This document shows, piece by piece, positions 32,386 to 43,851 of a stretch of DNA of 64,000 nt. Source of the stretch: an uncultured Phycisphaerales bacterium. Lineage in GTDB: Bacteria; Planctomycetota; Phycisphaerae; Sedimentisphaerales; Anaerobacaceae. Position numbers and translations under genes: made by a program. Numbering within the stretch: the stretch's first letter is position 1; the number at the start of each line of letters is the position of its first letter. The DNA lies in NCBI GenBank assembly GCA_963772725.1, contig CAVYYI010000002.1:256001-320000 (forward strand), given 5' to 3'. The notes beneath the pieces are model-generated. The model made no database searches, had not been told where the DNA came from, and was given only the letters and a program-made list of their open reading frames with translations.

Positions 32386-33027
32386 CTAATCGTCATCACT
32401 GCTAACAATACTGCCGCCGCTAAGGAGGTTCCCAGCCCAGCACCTAAGAGCGGCATTTACCTGGTATTGCCTCGAAGTGCCATTTTCGAGAACATTAAAC
32501 ATAATACTTACAAATTTGGTGTCCGGCGGCGCAACATCCAAAGTATATAAAACATTGCTGGCCTGTGGTACAATTTGCGTAACAGTCACCGTGGCATTGT
32601 ATGCAAGCCACCAGTTTGACGCATAAGCCTGAATAGCACTTAACTGTATTACCGGATTAGCCGCCGAATAAAACGTACACAACCATAAATGGTTCTTTGC
32701 TGAGCCTCTCTCGATATAAGCCAGTTCATTAACATTTATCTTATTATTTCCGTTATCGTCAGCCCGCCAGATAACCAGGTCATTGCCGGGGGTTGCGCAC
32801 ACGAGCTTACAGTTTCTAATCAATTCATTAAGTCGCAGCGTTGTATAGCGAATATGTGTCTGTTTAAGGCTGCTGTCATTCGTTGCGTCGTTGGCTGCAC
32901 CCATAGCATAGGCAAGCGTAGCAACGGCTGTCAGGATTACCGCTGTTATCACCATCGCTATCAGCAGTTCAGCCAGCGTCAAGCCGCCGCAATTAAAACC
33001 AAACGATAATTGTTTAAACCTTCGCAT
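32386..33027 (-). CDS. PilW/GspJ-like minor pilin
   Basis: G|LTLAELLIAMVI prepilin motif. Confidence 0.82.
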   Translation of the reverse strand: MRRFKQLSFGFNCGGLTLAELLIAMVITAVILTAVATLAYAMGAANDATNDSSLKQTHIRYTTLRLNELIRNCKLVCATPGNDLVIWRADDNGNNKINVNELAYIERGSAKNHLWLCTFYSAANPVIQLSAIQAYASNWWLAYNATVTVTQIVPQASNVLYTLDVAPPDTKFVSIMFNVLENGTSRQYQVNAALRCWAGNLLSGGSIVSSDDD

Positions 33028-33030
33028 ATT

Positions 33031-33465
33031 TTATTTACTTATGAGCCTGTTAACTTCGGCCATTTGGCGACCCTTGTAATACACCCGCACTTTGGCAAGA
33101 ATATATTTGGCGGTACCCGTGCCGCTTTCCTGAGTGACATATACAGACTGACACACGGCGCCGCGGCTGAAAAAAGTATAATTGCTATCTGAAAATACGA
33201 TGCCCCTCGAATCTTTTACCTGCCCCTGAGATTCGGAGTAGCCGTTATAGGTGCCTATAACCTGGCTAAACGGTGTTTTTATAATGCTCTCCATCAAATC
33301 AGCGGCAAGTTTTGACGCCAAAGTTCGACGTTCCCCCTCGGCCTGCGACATCGCACCGTTTGCGAACGGCAGCACAACACCCGCCGCGGCGATACTCAAT
33401 ATCACTGTCGCTATCATCGCCTCAGCGAGAGTAAAAGCTTTTCTATTTGCAGGAAGATTATTCAT
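33031..33465 (-). CDS. PilV/GspI-like minor pilin
   Basis: KA|FTLAEAMIATVIL prepilin motif; LAADLME. Confidence 0.82.
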   Translation of the reverse strand: MNNLPANRKAFTLAEAMIATVILSIAAAGVVLPFANGAMSQAEGERRTLASKLAADLMESIIKTPFSQVIGTYNGYSESQGQVKDSRGIVFSDSNYTFFSRGAVCQSVYVTQESGTGTAKYILAKVRVYYKGRQMAEVNRLISK

Positions 33466-33489
33466 TTAATACCTGGTATTTTACAAACA

Positions 33490-33535
33490 AAGGGCTGACA
33501 TGCTCTCGGCAGTTGCCTACGCATCATCAGCCCTT
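33490..33535 (-). terminator. hairpin/terminator between major pilin and minor pilins
   Basis: AAGGGCTGA...TCAGCCCTT with inner GCAT/ATGC and GGCA/TGCC pairs; followed on the minus strand by TGTTTGT. Confidence 0.6.
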
Positions 33536-33612
33536 ATTCACCATCCTCCACTTGGCAGATTAACTGCCATAAACACGGCCTGTAAAAGCCGCGCCTAATT
33601 CATCCTTTTGTC

Positions 33613-34020
33613 TTAGAGAGTGTTATGTGCTTCACCGTTGGTTGTGCCACCATCACCTGCGTTAAAAGTAGCAGACTCTATGCCGTTCGCGTCTGTAGTA
33701 ACTACATATATCCAGGCTGAAGTTCCTGATGCTGCTATTGCAGCGTTGCCTGTGAACGGATTAGTTGGAACTTTCTGAAGATATTTCCCTGTTGTAACCA
33801 TTGCATCTTCAAAAGATGCCAATACCGGATAAATATCATCGTGCTCTATCTTGTAAAGCTCGAGCTGACACCTTACCGTTTGAAGATTGGTCTTTAAGGT
33901 TGCCAATTTGGAGTCGCTGCTGGCATTGCTGAACTGCGGAATCACTATCGCAGCGAGAATGCCCAGGATAACGACTACTATCAGAATTTCCACTAATGTA
34001 AACCCTTTTCTTGATACCAT
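33613..34020 (-). CDS. major type IV pilin/pseudopilin
   Basis: RKG|FTLVEILIVVVILGILAAIVIPQF; SD AAGGAG; first gene of the operon. Confidence 0.92.
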   Translation of the reverse strand: MVSRKGFTLVEILIVVVILGILAAIVIPQFSNASSDSKLATLKTNLQTVRCQLELYKIEHDDIYPVLASFEDAMVTTGKYLQKVPTNPFTGNAAIAASGTSAWIYVVTTDANGIESATFNAGDGGTTNGEAHNTL

Positions 34021-34428
34021 TGTTTTTCTCCTTTTAAAAAATTTTTTGTTTACTTGTCTGGAACAAACTACTCAAACTTTTCACAACTCTTACAAGCCCT
34101 ATGTCGGCTTATTTGACGTACTGCTTAAAATCTTTAACTTTTTTAAACTTTAATCCTCCTTTTGAGATATTCAGAAATAAATTTTTGCCTTGTCGCTGAT
34201 TTCATTTCAAATACATGCAATTTCAAAAAATCAATGTCCGAGAAAACTTCCAATTTGAATGCCCTGGCGTAAACAACAGGCATCTAAGGAAAAATATAGA
34301 ATATAAAATCCCACCTGCCAAATAATAATCATACTTTTACGATTCTCGAGCCGCCGGAAGCAGATTATTTTGGTAATTTGAGTTTGGAATTTTGAATCTG
34401 TTTAGGATTTAGTGCTTAGGATTTAGAG

Positions 34429-34875
34429 TTATAGGACTATATATGACGGCAAATTTGCAATATGTATCTCTCTTTTAGTCTGGCCGGCATGACAAAGTCC
34501 TATATCGATATGATTTACATTTTTCAGCACACCGGCAACTCTGTCCGCCCATTCAATCAAAACCACGGACTGCGGATAGCAGAAATCATCGAAGCCGAGC
34601 ATTTCAAATTCCGCCTCTGAGCTCAGGCGATAAGCGTCTATATGATAAATCTCCACGCGGCCGGAATATTCATTAACTATCACAAAAGTCGGACTATTCA
34701 CCTCTTTGCGGTCTTTAGCGCCTGCGCCGGCGGCGATGCCTTTAATCAGATGCGTCTTTCCGCTGCCCAGCGGTCCGCAGATTCCGATTATCTCACCGCC
34801 TTTTAACTGCTCACCGAGTTTACTGCCAAGCGCTATCGTATCATCAACAGAATTAGAGATAAAATCAAATGTCAT
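34429..34875 (-). CDS. tsaE: t6A biosynthesis ATPase TsaE
   Basis: GPLGSGKT, VNSPTF, HIDAYRL, LIEWA. Confidence 0.95.
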   Translation of the reverse strand: MTFDFISNSVDDTIALGSKLGEQLKGGEIIGICGPLGSGKTHLIKGIAAGAGAKDRKEVNSPTFVIVNEYSGRVEIYHIDAYRLSSEAEFEMLGFDDFCYPQSVVLIEWADRVAGVLKNVNHIDIGLCHAGQTKREIHIANLPSYIVL

Positions 34876-34889
34876 AAAATAACCATTTA

Positions 34890-35807
34890 TTATTTGAGGT
34901 GGTCATATCCCCTCGGTTTTAAATCCATTATTTTTCCGTCAGCGGTTTTTATCTGCAATTTGCCGCTGTCAGTAATAATTCCCACATACGTAATACTCAA
35001 CGGCTCACCCCATTTTTCCAGTAACTTTTCACAATCTTTTTGCGAAAGGCTAAAGAGCAGTTCGAAATCCTCTCCATCGTTTAACGCTGAGCCCAGCGGG
35101 TCTTTCATTTTCTTAGCTGCCCGCGATATTGGAATCCGCTCGGCATATATAACGGCTCCAACACCACTGCACCGGCAAATCCTGTTAAGGTCGGTACTCA
35201 GTCCATCGCTTATATCCATCATTGAATTAAGTTTCACCGTTTGCGCAATCTTCATCGCCTCTAAGACTCTCGGCTCAAACCGCAGGTGCTTTGCGAAAAC
35301 CGAACCGCCAAGAGAGCCGGTAACACAAATACAGTCGCCTGTTTTGGCCCCTGACCGGCGCACAGGTTCATTACCCGCACAGACGCTAATCATCGCGACA
35401 TTAACAACAAGTTTCCCATCACTTTGCCACTTTGTGATGTCACCACCTACCAGCGCACAGCCGTACCTGTCGCCGGCCTGTATAATCCCGGAATGCAGCT
35501 TTTTCAGTTCCGCGGTTCCAAAATTCTTCGGAAGCCCAACTGATACAACTGCCGCGACTGGTTTTGTCGCCATTGCGGCACAATCGCTCAGACTGGCGGC
35601 CATAGACTTGTAGCCGACCTGTTTAAGCGTTGCTTTTCGCAAATCGAAATGGACACCCTCAAGCAGTATATCCGTGGTAATAAGAACAGAGTTGCCGCCG
35701 ATGCGGATTTGCGCCATATCGTCGCCTATACCGATAGGGAAATCTTCCGCCGACAGTTTTCTCCGGCGGGCAAACCACGATGTTATCGCGTCTTCTCCGT
35801 TACTCAT
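34890..35807 (-). CDS. thiL: thiamine-monophosphate kinase
   Basis: [40 protein letters not shown] overlap with argH. Confidence 0.95.
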   Translation of the reverse strand: MSNGEDAITSWFARRRKLSAEDFPIGIGDDMAQIRIGGNSVLITTDILLEGVHFDLRKATLKQVGYKSMAASLSDCAAMATKPVAAVVSVGLPKNFGTAELKKLHSGIIQAGDRYGCALVGGDITKWQSDGKLVVNVAMISVCAGNEPVRRSGAKTGDCICVTGSLGGSVFAKHLRFEPRVLEAMKIAQTVKLNSMMDISDGLSTDLNRICRCSGVGAVIYAERIPISRAAKKMKDPLGSALNDGEDFELLFSLSQKDCEKLLEKWGEPLSITYVGIITDSGKLQIKTADGKIMDLKPRGYDHLK

Positions 35808-37193
35808 CGCTTCGCCAATCTTTTCCGCCAAAACAATATTTGTTCTTTAGCCTGCCGGCCCCCTGCTGAACCTTGCGTAACATATTTGCTCACAACATTG
35901 GCGGCTCCGAGGTGTTTATAAACATCACGTCCGATGGCCTCGGAATACTTTTTAAACTCAGCAAGGCTCAAATCAGAAAGTTTTATGCCCTGCTTTTCAC
36001 AGGCAGCAACCAGACACCCAACAATTCCGTGCGCCTGGCGAAACGCCACCCCCTTACCCACAAGATACTCCGCCAACGATGTAGCATCTAAAAAGCCTTG
36101 CTCAATATTATATGCGATTTTGTCCACATTAAACTTGGTATTCGCGACAACGGCACAAGCCATATCAAGCGAAGCGTTGACAGTATCACTCGCTGAAAAA
36201 ACGTGAATCTTGTCTTCCTGCAGGTCCCGATTGTAGCCGCTTGGCTGAGCTTTTAGAATCGTCAGCATCGCAACTAAATCGCCATAAACAGTCCCTGTTT
36301 TGCCGCGAATCAGTTCGAGCATATCGGGATTACGCTTTTGCGGCATCATACTCGACGAGGTACAGAACTTGTCATCGATCCGGATAAAACCAAACTCGTT
36401 CGACGCATAAATAATCCAGTCTTCCGCCAGCCGGGAAAGATGCGCCGCAACAAGCGAACAATCAAAAATAAATTCCGCACAGAAGTCTCTGTCGCTGACA
36501 GCGTCAATACTGTTTCTGCTTACACATACAAATCCAAGTTGCGATGCCGTGCTGTTGCGGTCTATGCGCAATGTTGAACCCGCTACCGCCCCGCTACCCA
36601 ACGGGTGAAACATTAAGCAACGCCTGACAATTACCCAGCCGGATATAATCCCGCTCGAACTGCTCCACAAAATTGAGCGGATGCGCGGCGATAACTATCG
36701 GCTGCGCTCTCTGCATGTGCGTATAGGACGGCATTACATCTTCGGTATATTTTTCCGCTAAACACAAAAACGCCTTTTGCAGACAAGAGAGCTTATTTCG
36801 CAAAACATCAATCTGGTCCCGCATCCACATCCGAATATCAAGAGCCACCTGGTCGTTTCGGCTTCTTGCGGTGTGCAGTTTTTTGCCCGCCTCGCCAATT
36901 TTTTTAATAAGTGCCGCCTCAATCGCCATGTGAATATCTTCGAGCGTTTTATCAAATTTGAATTTGCCGTTCGATATCTCGCTCTCGATTTTCAGAAGCC
37001 CTTTTTTTATTTTGCCGAATTCAGATTTGGTAATCAGCTTCTGTTTTGCCAGCATCTGCGCATGCGCAATTGAGCCTGCTATATCGTACTTATACAGGCG
37101 GCGGTCATAAGACAGCGACTGCACAAAATCGACCGCAAGCTCATCGGGCTGTGACATAAGCCGTTTTTCCCAGCTCTTTTTCGTTTTAGCCAT
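35804..37193 (-). CDS. argH: argininosuccinate lyase; frameshift near 36604
   Basis: [49 protein letters not shown]. Confidence 0.95.
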
Positions 37194-37272
37194 TGTATCT
37201 GCTCCAAAAAAGCGGATTATTTCGTTTCCAGCAAAATCATACGCCCCGCAGCGCGACATGTCAAGAACAGGG

Positions 37273-39184
37273 TTACTGTTCAACAGTCGAAAGTTTCTCC
37301 CAGCGACTGTAAGCGTTTGCAAGCTCACTTTCCAACTTTTCCAGCTCCGCCGTCTCCCGGGCGATTATTACACCATCCTGTTTATAGAACGAAGGCCCTG
37401 CCATTTTCTCATGTAAAGATGAAATCTGCTTTTCAAGCTTCTCTATAATATCGGGCAGTTTTTCAAGTTCACGTTTTTGCATATAGGTAAGCTTCGGCGA
37501 TGCCGCCTTTTTAGGCTTTACCCTTTTTTCCTTCGCGGCGGCCTTTTCCTGTTTTACAGTTTCAGCTCCGATATTTTTCCGCTGATTCAGCATGTCATCA
37601 TAACCGCCGGCGTATTCTCTTACTCTACCGCCATCTTCGAATGCAAGAGTGCTTGTAACAACATTATTAAGAAACTCCCTGTCGTGACTTACAACAAGCA
37701 CCGTACCGGGATAGTCCAGAAGCATATCCTCAAGCAGTTCCAGCGTCTCAATATCAAGGTCATTTGTCGGCTCATCAAGCACAAGCACATTGGACGGCCT
37801 GGTAAATACCTTTGCTATCTGCAAACGGTTGCGTTCCCCGCCTGAAAGATTTTGATGCGGGCAATTTTACCTTGTCCGGCTCAAACAGAAAATCCATCAG
37901 GTAATTAATAACATGTTTTTTCCTGCCGTTAATTATTACCGTGTCGTATCCCTGCCCGATATTCTCTATAAGACTCTTTTCAATATCCAACTGTCCGTGA
38001 AGCTGGTCAAAATAAGCGCATTGCACATTCGTACCAAGCTTAATATCACCCTCTGTCGGTGCGATTTCTCCGAGCAGCAACCTGAGCAGTGTCGTTTTAC
38101 CTATTCCGTTAGGCCCGATGATACCAATCCTGTCACCTCTGAAAATAGCGGTGTTAAGGTCGCGAACCACCGGTAGTATTTTCACGTCCCTGCCGTTATC
38201 ATACGCAAAACTAACCCCCCTGGCTTTAACAACAAGTTCGCCCGACCTCTGCGCCTCGTTTATCTCCATTTTCACCAGCCCATCCACTTTACGTCTCTGG
38301 CTCTGCGCCTGTCTCATTTTTTGCAAAGCCCTGACGCGTCCCTCATCACGTGTTCGTCTTGCTCTTATTCCCTTTCGTATCCAGCGTTCCTCTTCAGCAA
38401 GTTTTTTATCAAACTGGTCCCAATGAATCTGCTCTGCCGCTAAAAGCTGTTCTTTTCTTTTGAGATACTCGCCATAGGGACATTCCCAGTTAAATAACCT
38501 GCCGCGGTCTATTTCGATAATCCTTGTTGAAATCTTTTTCAGGAATTTTCTGTCGTGCGTAACAAACAGCAGCGTCTTTCCGCAACGCAGCAAAAAATCC
38601 TCCATCCAGTTTATCGCCTCGATGTTGAGATGGTTTGTAGGCTCATCAAGTATCAAAATGTCCGGTTCTGCCGCCAGCGCCTTAGCCAGCAATACCCGGC
38701 GTTTAAGTCCCGCCGAGAGTTCACTGAACTGTGCATCCGCGTCAACCGAGAGCAGCGATATAACAGTTTCAACAACGTTAAGTTTTTTCCAGGAATTTGC
38801 TTTTTCCAGCTCGTTGTGAAGCCGTATCAACTTCGCGTTAGCGTCATCGCTTTCATCAGCCTTTTCGTGGGCAATGCTGTGATATTTAACCAGCAGTTCC
38901 CACGCCTCTCCCAGCCCTTCCGCAACAACATCGAAAACCTTGCCTTTTACCCGCTGCGGAACAGACTGATTGAGCATTCCGATGCGAAGCTGAGGCTGAC
39001 GCATTATCTCTCCGCTTTCAGGTTTTAACTCACCTTTCAAAAGCCGCAAAAAAGTCGATTTGCCGCATCCGTTTCTTCCCAGCAGACAAACCCTCTCCGC
39101 CGGCTCGATTTGAAAGTCAAGACCTTCCAGCAGCGGCGGCCCGCCGAAACCAAAATTTACATCTCGCATCGCGATAAGCGGCAT
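37273..39184 (-). CDS. uup: ABC-F ATPase (Uup-like); frameshift near 37852
   Basis: two ABC domains ([18 protein letters not shown]), DEPTN twice, ARRTRDEGR linker, C-terminal coiled coil. Confidence 0.88.
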
Positions 39185-39223
39185 AATCTACTCCATAAAT
39201 TAATACGTCAAAACCTGCAACTG

Positions 39224-40336
39224 CTATGAATTTGAGCCTTGAAGGGATTTTACCGCCCAGCGAAATTTGGCCGATGCGCTGCGAGGATTTGAGATAATTT
39301 CTTTGGTTCGCGGTACAATTGGATTTTTGGTCGCTGACTGGTATATGCCATTTCGAACACCATCACGAAACGAGTGTTTGACAAGACGGTCTTCACCGCT
39401 GTGAAAGCTTATTACACCGATTCGACCGCCAGGACGCAGGCAGTATGGGGCAACTCTTAAAAGTTCTTTTAAGGAACCGAGTTCATCATTGACCAGTATG
39501 CGCAGTGCCTGGAATGTGCGGGCAGCAGGATGTAACGAACCGAATTTTGCGGCGAGCTGCTGCTGTCGCCATGTTTTCGGAGTCAGTCCCTTGACGCCGA
39601 AAATCAAGCGAACAAGCTGTGAAACCTGCGTAATCGGGTACATGGCACGCTGGATTACAATCCTGTGGGCGATTTTCTGATAGTCCGGTTCATCGGACAA
39701 CTCCCAAAATGCTTTAGCCAGTTCTTCTTCGGAAAGACTGTTGAGTAAATCCGCGCCGGTTTGCTTTAGCCGGTCGTCCATACGCATATCGAGAGGACCT
39801 TTATGTTTGTAGCTTATCCCGCGAGCAGGGTTGTCTATTTGCATGCTCGAAACGCCAAGGTCTGCAAAAATAATGTCATAGCCGTCGATGTTTTCTTTGC
39901 TCAGCACATTTGCAATACCGGCAAAGTTGCTGTGATAGAAGCTCGCAGAGATACCCTCTTTGCTGAATCGGCTGCGAGTACGTTCTAATTCAGTGTTATC
40001 AACATCGAAGGCAATCAATTTCCCAGCGGACCCTATGCGCTTTACAAATTCCATCGCATGACCTCCGTAGCCGACGGTGCAGTCAGCAACAATTTCACCG
40101 GGCGAAGGCTTCAGGCAGGCTAAAACCTCTTCTGCTAAAACGGGGATATGAGTGCCGACCGGTGTTTTGCCTTTTGCTCGCAGATGGGCTTCTATATCGG
40201 GGTGAGCCGCGATATTGTGCTCTTTATATTTTTCCTGATATTTCTTTGGGTGGGTACCACGGTATCTCTGTCGCCGCTGCCGCTTTATAGGCGGCTGATT
40301 GTCATTGTCAGGCTGGTTCACACTAATTATTGGCAT
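39224..40336 (-). CDS. rsmH: 16S rRNA m4C1402 methyltransferase RsmH-like with N-terminal extension
   Basis: HIPV, DCTVGYGGH, DLGVSSMQ, PLDMRMD, FQALRILVNDEL, SFHSGEDR, NPRSASAK. Confidence 0.88.
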   Translation of the reverse strand: MPIISVNQPDNDNQPPIKRQRRQRYRGTHPKKYQEKYKEHNIAAHPDIEAHLRAKGKTPVGTHIPVLAEEVLACLKPSPGEIVADCTVGYGGHAMEFVKRIGSAGKLIAFDVDNTELERTRSRFSKEGISASFYHSNFAGIANVLSKENIDGYDIIFADLGVSSMQIDNPARGISYKHKGPLDMRMDDRLKQTGADLLNSLSEEELAKAFWELSDEPDYQKIAHRIVIQRAMYPITQVSQLVRLIFGVKGLTPKTWRQQQLAAKFGSLHPAARTFQALRILVNDELGSLKELLRVAPYCLRPGGRIGVISFHSGEDRLVKHSFRDGVRNGIYQSATKNPIVPRTKEIISNPRSASAKFRWAVKSLQGSNS

Positions 40337-40492
40337 ATCTATTCTTAATATATAATTTCGTTCAGATTAAAATTTACACCTATTCACGGCAGAAATCAAT
40401 AGAGATAATTATATGTTTTTGGTTTAATAACAATGCGGCAATAAGTTATAACCTTAAAAAGTAAATTAGTACAAAAGAGTATATTACCATAT

Positions 40493-41206
40493 ATGCGTAA
40501 GAAAAAACATCCGAACAGAAAACATCTGCCCAAAGAGCTGGAAATACTTTACGAAGATAAAGATATCCTCGTGGTGAACAAACCGGCCGGCTTATTGACC
40601 GTTGGGACGGAAACTAACAAACTTAAAACGGCTTATTATATTCTGACCGATTATGTACGAAAAGGCAGTCTAAAGTCACGAAATAGAATTTTCATTGTTC
40701 ACAGGCTTGACCAGTGGACCTCCGGCGTGCTGGTATTCGCAAAAAGCGAAGAAGTTAAATTACGTTTGCAGGCCCAGTGGAAAGACACCGAAAAGAAATA
40801 CATCGCCGTAGTTCACGACAGGTTGGCTGAAAAACAAGGGATTATCACCTCGCATCTCGCGGAAAACAAGGCTTACGTAGTCTATTCCACAACTGATACC
40901 ACAAAGGGTAAACTCGCGCATACAGCCTATAAGGTGATAAAAGAGACCACCCACTTTAGCCTGCTGGAGATTAACCTTTTGACCGGCAGAAAAAACCAGA
41001 TACGCGTACACATGGCGGATAAAGGTCATCCCATTGTGGGCGATAGAAAATACGGCAAAGCCGCCGACGGATACAAACGTTTAGCCCTTCATTCCAAATC
41101 GATTTCCTTCGCACATCCGGCAAACGGCAGGCGGATGACCTTTGAGGCTAAAGTGCCTAATTATTTTAATGAGCTGCTTAACGGTATCTGCCATTGGCGG
41201 CAATGA
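40493..41206 (+). CDS. RluA family pseudouridine synthase
   Basis: VVNKPAGL, HRLD, TGRKNQIRVH, PIVGDRKY. Confidence 0.92.
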   Translation: MRKKKHPNRKHLPKELEILYEDKDILVVNKPAGLLTVGTETNKLKTAYYILTDYVRKGSLKSRNRIFIVHRLDQWTSGVLVFAKSEEVKLRLQAQWKDTEKKYIAVVHDRLAEKQGIITSHLAENKAYVVYSTTDTTKGKLAHTAYKVIKETTHFSLLEINLLTGRKNQIRVHMADKGHPIVGDRKYGKAADGYKRLALHSKSISFAHPANGRRMTFEAKVPNYFNELLNGICHWRQ

Positions 41207-41224
41207 AATTAAAGAGGTATTACT

Positions 41225-42127
41225 ATGAAGATAGTTGTAACTGGGGCGACCGGATTTATAGGTAGAGCCTTATGCAATTCTCTGGCCAAAGAAAATAGTA
41301 TCACCGCTCTGACACAAAATCCGGAAAAAGCTGCCGCTCTTTTAGATAAGACTATCAAAATTATCAAGTGGAATACTAACCTTCTCGACGGCTGGGAAAA
41401 ATCTATTGATGGCTCAGACGCCATAGTCAATCTCGCCGGTGCGAATGTGGCTTTGAAAAGATGGAATAAAGAAGTAAAAGCCGAAATCCTGAATAGTCGA
41501 ATGAATTCTTCCAGAATTCTGGTTAAGGCGATAAAGAATTCAAAGGTAAAACCTAAAACCATTATTACCGCTTCCGCAATCGGCTTCTATGGTTCCAGAG
41601 ATGATGAAATACTGGACGAGGAATCCAAAGCTGGTGATGGTTTTCTGGCAGGAGTCTGCAAAGATACAGAAGGTTATTCAAGAGAATTTGAGACTCTCGG
41701 TTTAAGGACTGTTGTGATACGCACGGGCATTGTTCTTGATACCAGCGGCGGCGCACTTCCAAAGATGATAACGCCGTTTAAGTTCTATCTTGGAGGGCCC
41801 TTGGCTTCTGGTAATCAATGGATGTCGTGGATTAGCCTGGCAGATGAGATTGGCGCTATTAAGTTTTTAGTCCAAAACAATGCCTTTAAAGGAGCCTTTA
41901 ATTTAACTTCTCCTGAGCCGCTGCGAAATCGTAAATTTATGCAAATTTTAGGCTGCGTATTGAAAAAGCCCTCTTGGTTGCCAGTTCCTGCTTTCGCACT
42001 AAAAATAATATTCGGCGAAATGGCGAAAGAATGTTTCTTGACAAGCCAAAGGGTTCTTCCTAAAAAACTAATAGATGCCGGATTCAAATTCCGATACGCA
42101 GACTTAGAAAGCGCTCTCTATAAATAA
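41225..42127 (+). CDS. TIGR01777/YfcH family NAD-dependent epimerase
   Basis: TGATGFIG, VNLAG, SAIGFYG, QWMSWI, SQRVLP. Confidence 0.9.
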   Translation: MKIVVTGATGFIGRALCNSLAKENSITALTQNPEKAAALLDKTIKIIKWNTNLLDGWEKSIDGSDAIVNLAGANVALKRWNKEVKAEILNSRMNSSRILVKAIKNSKVKPKTIITASAIGFYGSRDDEILDEESKAGDGFLAGVCKDTEGYSREFETLGLRTVVIRTGIVLDTSGGALPKMITPFKFYLGGPLASGNQWMSWISLADEIGAIKFLVQNNAFKGAFNLTSPEPLRNRKFMQILGCVLKKPSWLPVPAFALKIIFGEMAKECFLTSQRVLPKKLIDAGFKFRYADLESALYK

Positions 42128-42134
42128 ATTATAC

Positions 42135-43212
42135 TTAATCCAATTCAACAAGCTCATAATAAGGCGTCCCCAATCCTATACGCTCAGCATGTTTTATCTG
42201 GTAATAAGGATTAAGCTCTTTTCTGCCTATAAGTTTGGCCATTGTGTTACCACCTGCTTTTTCGACCATATCTATCGCGGCCTTATCTATTGCCACAGGG
42301 TCCGTCGAAGCAAGTATGCCAATATCATCGACTATTATAGGCATGTTTTTCTTATTCATACAGTCGCACTCATCAGTAACGGAGATTAAAAAATTAAAGA
42401 ACGCGATGCGACCCTGCTTGCCATTTATAACGCCCAGAGCATGCTCAGCCATATTTTTTCTGCAGCATTTCATCTTGTGCGCCCCAGTCATATTTTACCG
42501 CGTCAAACCTGCAAACAGCCACACACTCAGCACAGCCTATGCATTTGTCCTTATCAATGTGAGCCTTGACATCATCGATTGTAATCGCATCCGCGGGGCA
42601 ATGTTTAAAGCATTCTCCGCAGCCTGTGCAGTTATTTTTTACCTCAGGCTTTAACGCCGAATGCTGCCTCATCTTGCCCTTTCTGCTGGCACAACCCATA
42701 CCTAAAGTTTTCAAAGACGCAGCAGCGCATGTGGCAATATGTCCTGTCATGTGCGCAATTGAAAGAATCGACTGACATCGCACAATATCGGTCGCGATAA
42801 AAACCTCTTTATTGAGTTCGCCGTTAATCGGTACCGCTGTCTCGGCAACGCCAAACAATCCGTCCGGAGCAATAAATGGAATTCCAAGACCCGCAACATC
42901 AAAACCATGTTCGCTCGCCAATATAGCATGGTCAATCGCATTATGCCTGCGACCTGTATATAAAGTACTCGTATCAGTAAGAAAAGGCTTTGTTCCAAGC
43001 GAAAGCAAATCTTTGATAAGGCCTTTAATACATCCGGGCCTTACATAGGTATTGTTTGGCGGCTCGCCAACATGAATTTTGACAGCTGTGAAATCACCCT
43101 TCTGAAAACATTTCGAAAAGCCAGCCTCCTTAAAAAGCATCTGGGCTTTTTGTGAAATCTTCTCCTCACCTTCCTTAACACTGGCTCGGATAAAAAATAC
43201 TTTTGATTTCAT
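42135..43212 (-). CDS. DUF362 / 4Fe-4S ferredoxin-domain protein; frameshift in T-run near 42457
   Basis: KIHVGE, TLYTGRR, CTGCGECFKHCP, CIGCAECVAVC, CDC, DPVAIDKA. Confidence 0.88.
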
Positions 43213-43345
43213 AAATAAATTCCTGTGTAATTTTCTTTATACCGTCAATTATATCATTATCTGAAAATTTTCTTTGAATTGCAACAGTTTGTCCCTGCGA
43301 AAAATATCCTTATCCTTGTAAGTAAAACCTTATGAGAACTCATCA

Positions 43346-43447
43346 AAAATCGCCTGCACGCTCGGCAAAAGCCTCAAAGAAGTCTTTCAGTATGATGAAA
43401 AATAAGCAACAAAATACAGAACTCAGTAGACAGAAGGCAGTAGGAAA
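43346..43447 (+). repeat. orphan copy of the 3' end and downstream DNA of the XRE gene (44985-45078)
   Basis: KIACTLGKSLKEVFQYDEK* vs KIARAFAKSLEEVFQYDEN; downstream ATACAGAA.TCAG.AGACAG also shared. Confidence 0.85.
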
Positions 43448-43457
43448 AAATTTTCGA

Positions 43458-43598
43458 TTGCCGGTTCCAGCTTTGGCACTGAAAATAATGTTCGGTGAAA
43501 TGGCGAAAGAGTGCTTTTTAGCAAGCCAAAGGGTTCTTCCAAAAAGACTCGTAGATGCCGGATTCAAATTCCGATACACCGACTTAAAAAGTACGCTC
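43458..43598 (+). repeat. orphan copy of the 3' end of the TIGR01777 gene (41978-42118)
   Basis: ungapped, 21 mismatches in 141 bp by manual count; LPVPALALKIMFGEMAKECFLASQRVLPK. Confidence 0.92.
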
Positions 43599-43851
43599 GA
43601 TTCAATCTGCACCAGATGCACCAGTAATTCTCTATTAATTATAAAATTTACTCATTTTTTGCTTCGCGATAGGTATAGAAATATTAATAATAATAGGAAA
43701 TCTCTAGTGCAACTGGTTCACCAAACCCTGATAAACCCATTCACAAGTTCCAGTACCAAGGCTTTTCGCTCAATATTCGGGAATAACCGCCGGACGTAAA
43801 AAAGGGTTCCAGCCCTCATTTTTGCCCTAAATGAAAAAAAATTAAGAAAAA

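Noticed and set aside
43332..43799. 155 aa ORF
   Set aside because: Chance read-through of two duplicated gene tails (the XRE tail is out of frame); not a real gene.
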